Shown: piece after piece, positions 50,301-59,835 of the stretch
Numbering within the stretch: position 1 is the stretch's first letter
Layout: each line of letters starts with the position of its first letter
Source of the DNA: an uncultured delta proteobacterium
GTDB taxonomy: Bacteria; Desulfobacterota; Desulfobacteria; Desulfobacterales; SG8-13
Length of the DNA stretch: 64,000 nt
Assembly: GCA_963848135.1 (NCBI GenBank)
Contig: CAWKCK010000003.1
Span: 992,001 to 1,056,000 of the forward strand
Reading direction: 5' to 3'
Program-made: the position numbers and the translations under genes
The notes under the pieces: generated by a model
What the model saw: only the letters and a program-made list of their open reading frames with translations
Databases searched by the model: none
What the model was told of the DNA's origin: nothing

Positions 50301-50464
50301 TCGCGCTTGGCCCGGCACAGGATGCTGGTGTAACCTTCGTGCAGGACTTCCAGGATCCGGTAGTCATCGATCATTCTGCGACCTTCGGCAACCTCACTGC
50401 CGCAGGAAGGACAGCTGGTGACTTCTTCGGCGAGAATCTGGTCGCATTTCTGGCAGAGTTTCAT
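47363..50464 (-). CDS. Zn-ribbon + protein kinase-like (degenerate) + TM + trypsin-like serine protease + TPR protein
   Basis: CQKC..CPSC; kinase-fold remnants (SDIWSLG); TM IRFLVVSVVLLTAVGLIIWLYVAL; LTNRHVA, DDFGVL and GNSGGP triad motifs; helical TPR-like C-terminus. Confidence 0.85.
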   Translation of the reverse strand: MKLCQKCDQILAEEVTSCPSCGSEVAEGRRMIDDYRILEVLHEGYTSILCRAKREGTAETVMIRIFTPSAGIDAALAVRLKKELEELKKLPKDYFVRHFEIRHSADGLWYRVSEWIEAEPWSDLISEGFFKDYRAALRLFARIASILEGLHRIGHIIPHLILHDIIPYRKPGEDLQIKIDYKLSRFLDPKMDRPGPMLENLLKHHPDIINNRPLNARSDIWSLGKIFVELLTADLEGKDYSEMIENLSLPREAEVLLKLMLADDPDLRPRSMAQVADTLTHIKEKDIRSAMTSAGPSLPVQEIRGLKHWIRFLVVSVVLLTAVGLIIWLYVALKQKDGEAALLDYANQYAPSVAFVLVEYRLVNNGETYYRRRIEGTAFLVDREGYMLTNRHVACPWLEDATLFNLIANLRQQEMPVQFQYRMYVWFEGQRAFKRLPKLSEVEDLEDIYFLENAFSTTGERRVTILGVGKAPETSRQQIRSPLGDDFGVLILQPVPEGLNPLPLDHRMDPLLIPKLLPVLTLGFPLGSRTQEVNVNVSVTTGHVRRAFENFLQVDTSLYRGNSGGPIIDINGKVIGIASSVAVDWAASSIPVATPLSDMGMVLPIGKAVSFLKEIKAGRAKWNGILDLSVDKRIEQVKILATQKRWAAAQTLADQGLKSSSNPLLIMAAAMMHFCSGDRQGAAALFDRAVSIDPENGTARLMLFIIDWLSGRSYPNTDFVEFLNLDWRSPYEFYGHLARTFVGEVDEEKALEGGASAAKKSWLYYTIGLKRLARLQLAAAENLFRNAVRLADTDDWILYLSLSELQRVQEQRFARFEEPNEREKYQAKVAAIEHEIQNERQKVKEKHKKLTTLSGRLAHPDIKLEDRRNVLAQMYLIEPNDSEILAALIFIDSMTGAWQSALERISVYLQVPSHESRGRLSIGLLEPIVLRMLGQKEESAARLNIYVDRTVDSWYLAIAQCLAGMSSVKSLVTEAASEPAYILTANTALGLWAEGGGDPNLAIAHYREALASYMDEFPEYQLALDRIKQLRKQ

Positions 50465-50747
50465 GGGTTTACTCCCGGGCAGTATTGAAAAGTTACATGG
50501 CCAGAGGTTGACTTGTCAAATAAAACCAGGAGTTGATAATCTTTTCAAAATGGCCATTATGATTGTAAGCTTATCGTGGTTGTAAAAAAAACGTTGCGTT
50601 ATTCGAAATTTTTTCTACAGTCACGTATGCTACCCTTCCATATTTCGGAGTATATTTTTGAAAGTGGGTATAAACGGCTTTAGGGTACCAAGGACAGCAA
50701 ATCAGGCCACAAGTAACTTTTCGTATACATTTCATACGGAGGACCCA

Positions 50748-51260
50748 ATGACAATCGAAGAAGCCATAAAAACAGCCATCGATTTTGAAATCAAAATTCG
50801 TGACACATACCAGTACGCTGTGCAGCAGACGGAAGATCCGGCCGGGCAGAAGATATTTCAGACGTTGGCTGAGGATGAACAGCATCACGTAGATTATCTG
50901 AACCACAAACTCGAAGAATGGCGTACCAGCGGTAAGCTTTCAGCCACAAAGTTGGCCTCCGTCGTTCCACCGAAAGCCGTGATCGAAAAAGAGGCTGCAA
51001 AGTTGCGGACCCGCATGCAAAAAGACGATCGGGGTGTCAAGCAGCAGATGCTGAGCAAAGCGTTGAAGTTGGAAATCGAGACCAGCGAATTCTATGGGCA
51101 GATGGTCGAAAGGCTACCGGGGGAAGGGCGCCAACTGTTCAGTCGCTTTCTCGAAATTGAAAACAACCACATCGACGCCGTTCAGTTCGAAATGGACTAT
51201 TACGGAAACACCGGTTACTGGTTCGGTTTCGAAGAGTTTGATATGGAAGCGGGCGAATGA
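50748..51260 (+). CDS. Ferritin-like/rubrerythrin-family diiron protein
   Basis: AIDFE...Y...LAEDEQHH and ALKLE...FY...IENNH diiron repeats; ATG 50748 behind GGAGG. Confidence 0.88.
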   Translation: MTIEEAIKTAIDFEIKIRDTYQYAVQQTEDPAGQKIFQTLAEDEQHHVDYLNHKLEEWRTSGKLSATKLASVVPPKAVIEKEAAKLRTRMQKDDRGVKQQMLSKALKLEIETSEFYGQMVERLPGEGRQLFSRFLEIENNHIDAVQFEMDYYGNTGYWFGFEEFDMEAGE

Positions 51261-51277
51261 TGAAGAGGTTGTGACCG

Positions 51278-51916
51278 ATGGATAACGATGTGTGGAAGAC
51301 CAAACCGACGGACCGTTTCATTCTTAGATGGATCAAGATGAACCTGTCTTCACGCATCACGCCAAGATTAACGGCGTGGCGGTGGATTGCCCCCTGGCAC
51401 ATCACTCTTGCGTCTGCTTTCCTGGGCGTCTTGGCCGGCCTGGTGTTTGCGTTGGGTATCGCTTGGCTGGCCGGCATCATCGCGGCTGCCTCTCAGGTCA
51501 TGGATGGCGTTGACGGCCAATATGCCCGATTGTCAGGACGGGTGAGTAAAAGCGGTGCTTTCTGGGATTCGGTTTTAGACCGTTACACCGACGGGGCCAT
51601 GGTCATCGGTTTGGCGGTGTATCTCATCCGCCTGCCATTTCCTTTGGAACCTTGGTTGTTGATCTTCACCAGTGCTCTGGCTCTCGTGGGCAGCAACTTG
51701 ATAAGTTATTCCAGCGCCCGCGCGGAGACTCTTGGCCTCGATCTGGGAAGCCCGACATTGGCCAGCAAGGGCACCCGCTCCAGTGTCATGATCCTTTGCG
51801 CTTTTTTCAGTTTCTTATGGCCGGGAATGCCGATAATTGCATTATTTTACTTGGCAATCCATCCTAACGGGGTGGTTTTATTTCGCCTGTTTAAAACTTT
51901 GAAATCATCCGTTTAA
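51278..51916 (+). CDS. CDP-alcohol phosphatidyltransferase family protein
   Basis: DGVDGQYAR...SKSGAFWDSVLDRYTD signature; multiple TM segments. Confidence 0.92.
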   Translation: MDNDVWKTKPTDRFILRWIKMNLSSRITPRLTAWRWIAPWHITLASAFLGVLAGLVFALGIAWLAGIIAAASQVMDGVDGQYARLSGRVSKSGAFWDSVLDRYTDGAMVIGLAVYLIRLPFPLEPWLLIFTSALALVGSNLISYSSARAETLGLDLGSPTLASKGTRSSVMILCAFFSFLWPGMPIIALFYLAIHPNGVVLFRLFKTLKSSV

Positions 51917-51944
51917 CCCGGTCGCAGTTTTACAGAGGCACCGA

Positions 51945-53900
51945 TTAAGACCTGGTTACAAGTTCCTGTATTTTCATGGACAAGTGATCGATTTTAAACG
52001 GTTTCTGAATCATGAGGCTGCACCCGTCACTCAAAAAGTCACCTTCCTGTATGTCGATCGAATATCCGCTTGCGACCAGGACTTTGACACTGGGTTTCAA
52101 CTGCTTCAGGTATCGATAGGTTTCCTTGCCGCTGAGGCCGGGCATGATCATATCCAGCACAACGACGTCAATGGTGTCCACCATCTCCTTAAAAATCTCG
52201 ACCGCCCGGTCCCCACTGTCGGCCGTCACTACGGAATAACCCAGTAACTTCAGGCTTTCTCGGCACACATCGCGGATCTTTTCTTCATCATCAACCAGCA
52301 ATATCGTTTCACGTCCGATGATCCGTCGCGGTGATGGATTTTCCGGTTGACAGATTCTTCGTTCCGTAGCCGGTAGATGAATCATGAAGGTCGTGCCCTT
52401 GTTTCGCGTACTGCTTACCTGGATGTGACCGTCGTGGTTCTTGATGATACCGTAAGCACTGTAGAGTCCGAGACCGGATCCTTTACCAATCTTTTTGGTC
52501 GTGAAAAAGGGGTCGAAAATTCTCAACTGGGTCGCATCATCCATGCCGATTCCGGTATCTGAAACCGTGATTTTTACGTAGTTCCCCGGTGTCATGCTGG
52601 AGGAGTGGGCCAGGACACTCTTCTCTGTCAGTCGGGTATTTTCGGTGCGGACAAGCAACTCGCCGCCTTCGGGCATGGCATGGCCGGCATTGACGTATAT
52701 GTTCAAAAGAACTTGTTCGATCTGAGAGGCGTCGGCTTCGATGGGAAGAACATCTGGCGCGAGTGTTTCGGTAATTTTGATCGCCTTACGGGTTCGGCCA
52801 AACAGCCGACTTTGTTTTTTTATCAGAGCGTTGACATCGGTGGGTTGAATTTCCATGGCCCCGCCCTTTACAAAGGTCAGCAGTTGGCGCGTCAGCCCGG
52901 CACCATCCTGAACATATTGTTCGATCATTTTCAGTTGATCCATAAAGGGATTGTTCGGTTCCATCTTGAACAGAACCAGTGAGACAATCCCCTGAATACC
53001 CATGAGAAGATTGTTGAAATCGTGGGCAATACCCCCGGACAGGTTACCGAGGGCCTCTATTTTTTTCGCCTGAAGCAGTTGCGTTTCCAGAATTTTCCGG
53101 AAAGTCATATCCCTTGCCACGCCATAGGTTCCAATGAGCTCCTTGCGGGTGCCGGCCCGTCGGTAAACCCCGGTAGCATTTAATTCCACTACCGCAAATT
53201 CAGGATGCTGGGCAATTCGTGATTCCCTATGTGGACCGGTTTTCAGACGCAGTTCATAACCCGATGTGGCACGCTTACCGGTTCGCCGTTCATTAAAACG
53301 CCAACAGGCTTTATCAAGGTCTTCTTCGTACATTACGGTGTCATAGGATTTGCCGACCAGATCGGTCGACCGGTATCCGAAGAGCCTTTCAGCCGCATTA
53401 TTTATAAATGTAAACCGCCCGTTAGAATCTAGAGTGTAAATCATGTCCGGAGAGTTCTGTACCATGAAACGGAAACGACGCTCAGACGTGCGCAAGCGGT
53501 CTTCCATTTCCTGGTTGATCTCCTGTAACATTTTTTGTCTCAGGGCATTGTCTATTGTCTTGACGAGTTCTTCGGTTTCGAACGGTTTTTTCAAATAGTC
53601 GTAAGCCCCTTTTCGCAGAGCCTTGACAGCCGAGTCTACCGACACGTCGCCAGTCATCATGATTACCGGTGTGTCGGGGAGGCGGTTTAGAATGTGCTCC
53701 ATCAGGCTGAATCCGTCGAGATCCGGTATACAGATGTCGAGAAGGAACAGGTCATAGTTTTTTTTGTCGATGGTCCGCAGGGCCAGTTCCCCGGAGGTGA
53801 CAGCAGTCACCTCATAACCGCGGGGCCGTAGAAGGGCCTTTATACTTTCGCACATCCTCTTCTCATCATCGACGACAAAGACCGCGGGGTTTTCGCTCAT
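51945..53900 (-). CDS. Hybrid sensor kinase REC-PAS-HisKA-HATPase-REC
   Basis: N-terminal REC (VDDE, LLD, KPF), PAS, GGIAHDFNNLL, DTGIG, FFTTK, GSGLGL, C-terminal REC. Confidence 0.93.
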   Translation of the reverse strand: MSENPAVFVVDDEKRMCESIKALLRPRGYEVTAVTSGELALRTIDKKNYDLFLLDICIPDLDGFSLMEHILNRLPDTPVIMMTGDVSVDSAVKALRKGAYDYLKKPFETEELVKTIDNALRQKMLQEINQEMEDRLRTSERRFRFMVQNSPDMIYTLDSNGRFTFINNAAERLFGYRSTDLVGKSYDTVMYEEDLDKACWRFNERRTGKRATSGYELRLKTGPHRESRIAQHPEFAVVELNATGVYRRAGTRKELIGTYGVARDMTFRKILETQLLQAKKIEALGNLSGGIAHDFNNLLMGIQGIVSLVLFKMEPNNPFMDQLKMIEQYVQDGAGLTRQLLTFVKGGAMEIQPTDVNALIKKQSRLFGRTRKAIKITETLAPDVLPIEADASQIEQVLLNIYVNAGHAMPEGGELLVRTENTRLTEKSVLAHSSSMTPGNYVKITVSDTGIGMDDATQLRIFDPFFTTKKIGKGSGLGLYSAYGIIKNHDGHIQVSSTRNKGTTFMIHLPATERRICQPENPSPRRIIGRETILLVDDEEKIRDVCRESLKLLGYSVVTADSGDRAVEIFKEMVDTIDVVVLDMIMPGLSGKETYRYLKQLKPSVKVLVASGYSIDIQEGDFLSDGCSLMIQKPFKIDHLSMKIQELVTRS

Positions 53901-53926
53901 TTATTGGCCTCATTACTGTGGTGCAT

Positions 53927-56059
53927 CTATTGGTCTGAAACCGGCAGGGTTATCCGGAAGGTTGTCCCTTCGTCTTTATGGCTTTCGCAGTGCATGCTGC
54001 CGTTGTACCTGCTGATAATATCCTTGCTGATCGACAGGCCGAGTCCGAAGTGCTCCGGTCCTTTGGAACTCAGGCCAGGCTCGAAAAGCCGCCCAAGAAC
54101 CTCTTCAGGCATGCCAGGGCCGTCGTCACGGATGATAACGACGATTCTACCGCCCGCTTTGACATTGCCGTCACCTACAAAAGCGGTTGTGATATAGATA
54201 TTACCGCCGGCCGGCATGGCCTCTACCGAATTTTTCAAAAGGTTGATGAACACCTGGATCAGATTGTTCTTTTTCCCTGAAAATCGCGGCAAGCGGGGAT
54301 CCGGTGAAAAATTCAAAGTGATATTAGCGTGTTCGAGAACAGAGCGCGTGAGTAGTTTCGACAAATCGTACAGAATGCTGTTGATATCCACAGGTTCATC
54401 GTCGGTATCATATTTATACTGTGATTTTGACAGTTGTGCAATGATTCCGGGAATTCTTTTGATTTCTTCTCGGATGAGCACAATTTCGTCCCTGACCCCG
54501 GAGTACTCACCAACCTTGGTGCTGAGAACGTTCAGGTAGTTTTTGACGATGCCGAGGGGATTGTTGACCTCGTGGATTACCCTACGGACGGCATCGTCTC
54601 CGACAGTTTCGAATATCTTCTCCGACGAAGATCGACCAATTTTTGAGGAAATGATCTTTTCTAGCAGATCCGCTGCCTGATCGGCAAACATGTTCAACAG
54701 ATTCAACTGTTCCCAAAGAAGTGGGAATTGCGGTTCATCGATGCCGGCGCAAATGACACCGACCCATTTTTGGCGATGAATCAGTGGAAGACAAAGCATG
54801 CCCTCCGTGTCCAGCAAGTGGATCAACTGTTCATCGGCGATGGTGACCAGATCGTTCGACAGGTACCCAAAAGAATCGAAAATCTTCTTCTGCGTCAGTG
54901 CCAGCGCAGGAAGGCTTCCCCCGGGTTCGACCGCTAGCTGGACTTGGCCGATGTATGCCTCAGCCGGTCCAACCCCGGAAGGTTTTCCGATCAGCATATT
55001 ACGGTCCGGATCGTAGGTGAAGAAAAAAGTCGCTGTGATGTCGAAAAGGATTTTCAGGGAACGCAGCAAATCCTTTTGTATGTTCGCCGAATCGTTTTCT
55101 GTGCCCGGGCCTTCTATGGTGAGATGCCGGATGGAGAGTTCGCGAAATTCACCGAATATACTAAAGAGGGAAGTTTCCCGTTCCTTTCCCAAAGGTTCCT
55201 GGTTTTCGAGCAGCGTGTCGACGGACAGGTCTACTTCCTTCAACAGGCTTCCGACCTGGCGATTGGTTTCATCGATTATGCGATCGATTTGATCCGGTTC
55301 CAGGCTGAAACCGAGGGATTCTATCGTCTGGTGATGGCGCGATCTTTCCCTCTGGTAGCAGATCGAATTTGCGGCATAGATGATTTTTACCAATGGAAGC
55401 CCGCCGGCAACTTCCTTGATCGGAAAATGGTGATACAAAACCGCATCAGTTACGAAGGGTTGTACTTTCAGTGACCGCAGCAGGTTCCATCCAGCCTCGC
55501 AATGATTCGTACCGATACTGTCATTTTCAGCTGGCAGGGCACTTGCGACCCTGATCGATTTTTTGAATAGCGGTTCGTAATCCTTTTTGAAGTTCATCCA
55601 GAGCAGCAGCTTGCCGACATCATGGAGCAGACCGGCGATATAGGCGTCGTCGGCAGAATCAGGCAGCAGGCGTTGGCTCAGGGAGCGGGCGAGAACAGCG
55701 CAGCGCAGCGAATGATACCAGAATTGATTGAAGTAGACATTTGTTTCCCATAGCAGGGGATTTGTCAGGGGGTTGCTCAGGCAAAAAAGGGCGACATTCT
55801 TAATGCCGCGGGCCCCCTGCCGGGCTACTGACATCTCAATAACGTCGTAGGTCGATTTTAACGGTTCCGCCGCTCCCTCCAATCGCAGGACTTTCAGCGT
55901 CAGGGCAGGGTCCATGGCTACCAGGCGAGTCAGTTCCTCAAGGGAAGGCGCCGTAGTGTTACAAAGGCGATTGAGCTTGACGAGAACCTGCGGGAGGCAC
56001 GGAAGCGGAATTGCAGTATTGATTTTGTTGATTATTTTGGGCGGATTTTTCACTTGCAA
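53927..56059 (-). CDS. HDOD + GAF-like + histidine kinase protein
   Basis: LPCLP, DPALTLKVL, FWYHS, AGLLHDVGK, HH; IHEVNNPL, NLLKNS, DDGPG, GLGL. Confidence 0.9.
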   Translation of the reverse strand: MQVKNPPKIINKINTAIPLPCLPQVLVKLNRLCNTTAPSLEELTRLVAMDPALTLKVLRLEGAAEPLKSTYDVIEMSVARQGARGIKNVALFCLSNPLTNPLLWETNVYFNQFWYHSLRCAVLARSLSQRLLPDSADDAYIAGLLHDVGKLLLWMNFKKDYEPLFKKSIRVASALPAENDSIGTNHCEAGWNLLRSLKVQPFVTDAVLYHHFPIKEVAGGLPLVKIIYAANSICYQRERSRHHQTIESLGFSLEPDQIDRIIDETNRQVGSLLKEVDLSVDTLLENQEPLGKERETSLFSIFGEFRELSIRHLTIEGPGTENDSANIQKDLLRSLKILFDITATFFFTYDPDRNMLIGKPSGVGPAEAYIGQVQLAVEPGGSLPALALTQKKIFDSFGYLSNDLVTIADEQLIHLLDTEGMLCLPLIHRQKWVGVICAGIDEPQFPLLWEQLNLLNMFADQAADLLEKIISSKIGRSSSEKIFETVGDDAVRRVIHEVNNPLGIVKNYLNVLSTKVGEYSGVRDEIVLIREEIKRIPGIIAQLSKSQYKYDTDDEPVDINSILYDLSKLLTRSVLEHANITLNFSPDPRLPRFSGKKNNLIQVFINLLKNSVEAMPAGGNIYITTAFVGDGNVKAGGRIVVIIRDDGPGMPEEVLGRLFEPGLSSKGPEHFGLGLSISKDIISRYNGSMHCESHKDEGTTFRITLPVSDQ

Positions 56060-56561
56060 AAAGTTACCACGTTTCGTCAGCAGTCCGGGAAAATCGCAGC
56101 TCAGCTCGTTCGAACCCTATCCATATTTTTGAAAACCCTATCGGTGTTCATATTAAAAATTATGAAAATACGGCCGTGTTGCCGCATTTGGATCTGTCTG
56201 ATTGAACGTCCGCCATGATAACTTGAATCGACCGGTAATACCGCCCATTCAGGGATGCTGGTTTGCCGGTTGAGAAAAAATTCACATACATTCACACCTA
56301 TTTTCCACAAATATGTCGCAATAAGAATAAAATGTATTGGGTGTAAAAGCGACAGAGCTCTATACAATAAACGACCTGCCAACTGTTCATTCGCGTGGCG
56401 GCCGCGGCGCTTTCATCCCCTAAAACCGTTGGTTTACGGCCTTGGGCCGGCAGGACTTCCTGGTGCCGGATCCGGGCCGTAACTGCTCTCAATAGGGTGT
56501 CGGTTTGACGGTTAATCGGCTGTTTGCCAACCGAACGATTATACACGTAACTGACTGTTCA

Positions 56562-56577
56562 AGCAAAAACTTTGCCA
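56562..56577 (-). promoter_or_regulatory. Sigma-54 (-24/-12) promoter
   Basis: Minus strand TGGCAAAGTTTTTGCT (GG-N10-GC), about 500 nt upstream of the HDOD kinase gene. Confidence 0.65.
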
Positions 56578-57005
56578 ATCTCAAATCCGGATCGAATTTC
56601 TTATTTAAGAGCGAAAAAACTCCGGTATTATCGCTAAACTAGATTGCGGGGCAGAAACAGGATGCCGCAAGCGGGACCATTGCGGCCATCGACATTTGAA
56701 CATTGACAGGTTTTTGAAGGGCTTTCCGGCCCGAATATCACCGAGCATCTGCCGGTATGCGTCCACCGGCGGTTGTGAACTTCCGGTGTAAGCAGTCCCG
56801 GAGGGGCCAAAGAGATAATCTCATTCCGAACCACCCTATTTTCCAGTTTCAATTTTAGCGAATTTATGAGAAATAATAAAAGTTACCAGCAGGAGAAGAA
56901 CCAGAATTTTCAGGTACGAAACGCTAATAGACGATCTTCCCTCGATCCGACTTGATTTTTATAGGGAGCCCTTTACCAACACTGAAAGGATAACGTCGCC
57001 ATAAC

Positions 57006-58043
57006 ATGAAGCTTACCGGAATAATAGGCCACCTATCGAGTGATCTGGCCGTTGATCTTGGCACCGCGAACACGCGCATTTACGCGAAGGACAAGGGGAT
57101 CGTCCTGAACGAACCTTCGATGGTCGCAGTGGCCGTCAATGAGGAGTCACTGGACAAAGCAATTGCCTACGGGCTCGAAGCCAAAGAAATGCAGGGTAAA
57201 ACTCCGGGGCACATTAAAATTGTCCGTCCCATCCGGGAAGGCGTAATAGCCGACTTCGACGCCATCGCCGCCATGTTGAAATTTTTTATCGGCAAGGTTC
57301 ACAGTCGCTATAAGTTTGTCAAACCGAGGATTGCCTTCGCTGTGCCACATTCCATCACTGAAGTCGAGAAGCGCGCCATAAGGGAAACGGCTGAAATGGT
57401 GGGTGCCAGAGATACTTACCTCGTGAGTGGCCCCATCGCTACGGCTATTGGTGCCGGACTGCCTGTTACAGAAGCCATTTGCAGCCTGATCGTCGATATC
57501 GGAGCCGGTAAAACAGAGGCTGCGGCGATGTCGCTACTCGGAATCGTTCATTGCCAATCCACCAAGGCCTCGGGTGATCGGATGGATTTTGCACTCAGTC
57601 AGTTCATTAAGAACCGCTATCAGTTGCTGGTCGGAGATTTAACCGCCGAAAACATCAAGGCAAAAATTGGAAATTTCGATGCCACCGCACAATTTCCCGG
57701 GAAAATAGAAATAAAGGGGCGGGACCCGAATTCGGGAATTCCCAAGGTGGTCGAGATAGAAACAGCAGCGATCTGGGAGTCCATTGCCGGTCAGATCGAC
57801 GCGGTGATCCAATTGATAAAAGCCGTATTGGAGAAGATTCCACCCGAGCTTTCGGCTGATGTCATCGACAAAGGGATCATGCTCACTGGTGGCGTGGCCA
57901 TGCTCAACAATTTGAGGCAGGCACTGGGGGCCGAAATCGGCCTCAGGGTCAACATCGCCCCTGAGCCAATGTCTGCGGCCGTCCTCGGTGCCGGGTATCT
58001 GCTCGAAAGTGATGATCTCCTTCCCCGGGTCACGATCGATTAA
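57006..58043 (+). CDS. mreB: MreB-like actin-family protein (divergent paralog)
   Basis: DLGTANT, NEPS, RPIREGVIADF, TEVEKRA, AIGAGLPV, PPELSAD, GIMLTGG. Confidence 0.9.
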   Translation: MKLTGIIGHLSSDLAVDLGTANTRIYAKDKGIVLNEPSMVAVAVNEESLDKAIAYGLEAKEMQGKTPGHIKIVRPIREGVIADFDAIAAMLKFFIGKVHSRYKFVKPRIAFAVPHSITEVEKRAIRETAEMVGARDTYLVSGPIATAIGAGLPVTEAICSLIVDIGAGKTEAAAMSLLGIVHCQSTKASGDRMDFALSQFIKNRYQLLVGDLTAENIKAKIGNFDATAQFPGKIEIKGRDPNSGIPKVVEIETAAIWESIAGQIDAVIQLIKAVLEKIPPELSADVIDKGIMLTGGVAMLNNLRQALGAEIGLRVNIAPEPMSAAVLGAGYLLESDDLLPRVTID

Positions 58044-58578
58044 CGACCGATCCACAGGAGGCAGCGCTGATTTTCAACAAAGGTGTGAGAGACCAACCGC
58101 GGCCGCCCCTGCCGATTCCAAAGATTTGCACATCCGCGCAGATCATTGCTGGACCTCCTGTTCGTCGTTCGCTTTTTCTGTCTGGCCCGGTTTTGCCATC
58201 CCGAGGAAGCCGCACGAAAGCCTACCATCCCGGAAATTTCATAAATTCTTATCAGGACAAGAAGGCCATCACTTGCTGAAATACATGGGGTAGGAAAACC
58301 ACCGTTTCCTCCGCTCTACGGTTATACCGTGCGTGTTCGAATACCAATCTCATCACGGCATACAGCCGGTGACTGATGCGGTAGAGGATGTGTTCCCAAC
58401 TTGAGAACCGTTCCACCCGTGACAGGGGAAAGAAGCACCGATCATGAGAGATCATCTGCCAGGCATTGAAATAACCTGCAATGATACCTAAAATAAGCGG
58501 AACTTCGGTTGATGCCGGAAACGCATTCTTCCGACTCGGGGGCTGCAAATTTAAAAAAATACGATGCAGGACTAAGCC

Positions 58579-59736
58579 ATGGAATTCTCTATCCCCGCTG
58601 ATCTCAAAGTGGAAATCAAGCGTTTCAATGAATTCTTAAAATCAGAAGTCATATCCAACCTGGCGGCATGGAACCGGGACCGTGCGATACCCCGCCGGTT
58701 TTTTCAGCTTGCGGGTCAGGCGGGCTGGTTCGGTTTTGGATGGCGCGACGGCCGAATGGTCAAGCACTCCGGCCTGCGGGAGACCCTGATTTTAGAGCGG
58801 CTGGCAACAGTGTCACCGGGGGTGGCGGTCGCTGTCCTTATCGTGTCGGACCTGGGGCTTACGGCGCTCAAGTATTTCGGCACAGCGGAGCACAGGTCGC
58901 TCTATGGCGCGGCGGCCGTATCGGGCAACTGCCTGATCTGTTTTGGCAACACCGAAAACTTGGCGGGCAGTGATGCGGCCGGGATAAAAATGACCGCCAA
59001 GAAAACAAATGGCGGGTGGGTTCTAAACGGCGCCAAGGCCTATACGACCAACGGTAATGTCAGTGACTTTGCCGTGGTGACAGCGGTTACCGATCCTGAC
59101 GCGCACCGCAGCCGTCGCATATCCATGTTTCTGGTGGACTTGAACACGGCGGGAATCAGCCGTAAAAAACTGAACAAACAGGTCTGGATACCCTCCGACC
59201 TCACGCGAATCGACTTCGAAGATGTCCATGTCTCCGAGGGTTGTTTAATGGGCAAAGAAGGCCACGGCCTGCAGCAGACGCTAACGGTTTTTACCAACAG
59301 CCGTATTCCCATTAGCGGAATCGCCCTGGGAACTGCCGCCGGGGCGTTCGACCTTGCCGTTCAGCGCGCCAGAAATCGCAAGGCGTTTGGGAAATCAATC
59401 GCCGACTTCCAAGCCAAGGCTTTCGAGATTGCGGACTATTACGCCCAAATGGAAGCGGCCCGTTTGATGGTTTACCGGGCGGCCTCGGCAATGGACAGCG
59501 GGGGTGATTTCAGGTTCGAGGCCTCGCTTGCCAAATATCTCTCTGTCAAGATCGCCAAGGAGCTTTGCCCCTGGGCGGCAGATCTCTTCGGTGCTGTATC
59601 GGTTATAAATGATCATCCGATTCACAAGTTTCCAATGGACGCCTGGGCCGTTTCCTTGGCGGAAGGCACTCAGGATGTGCAAAAACTGGTTATATTCAGG
59701 GAACTCATAAAAAATCGCCGCTACCACTCAGATTAG
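58579..59736 (+). CDS. Acyl-CoA dehydrogenase family protein
   Basis: TE..AGSD, LNGAKAYTTNG, RKAFGKSIADFQ, AEGTQDVQK. Confidence 0.93.
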   Translation: MEFSIPADLKVEIKRFNEFLKSEVISNLAAWNRDRAIPRRFFQLAGQAGWFGFGWRDGRMVKHSGLRETLILERLATVSPGVAVAVLIVSDLGLTALKYFGTAEHRSLYGAAAVSGNCLICFGNTENLAGSDAAGIKMTAKKTNGGWVLNGAKAYTTNGNVSDFAVVTAVTDPDAHRSRRISMFLVDLNTAGISRKKLNKQVWIPSDLTRIDFEDVHVSEGCLMGKEGHGLQQTLTVFTNSRIPISGIALGTAAGAFDLAVQRARNRKAFGKSIADFQAKAFEIADYYAQMEAARLMVYRAASAMDSGGDFRFEASLAKYLSVKIAKELCPWAADLFGAVSVINDHPIHKFPMDAWAVSLAEGTQDVQKLVIFRELIKNRRYHSD

Positions 59737-59835
59737 GCCAGTCTGCCATTTATTTGCAAGATTCATGAATATCCTACCCGAATCGTAAAATGCGGGCGAT
59801 TGTTATTTTTTCCGGGGGCGTAAAGAAGGTTGACC

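Noticed and set aside
50533..50548. Palindrome TTGATAATCTTTTCAA upstream of the ferritin-like gene (Fur/PerR-like)
   Set aside because: Spacing fits neither a 7-1-7 Fur box nor an FNR box, and a single AT-rich instance is not enough support.
58044..58578. Short ORFs after mreB as possible mreC remnants
   Set aside because: No TM/coiled-coil MreC-like sequence is present in any listed frame.
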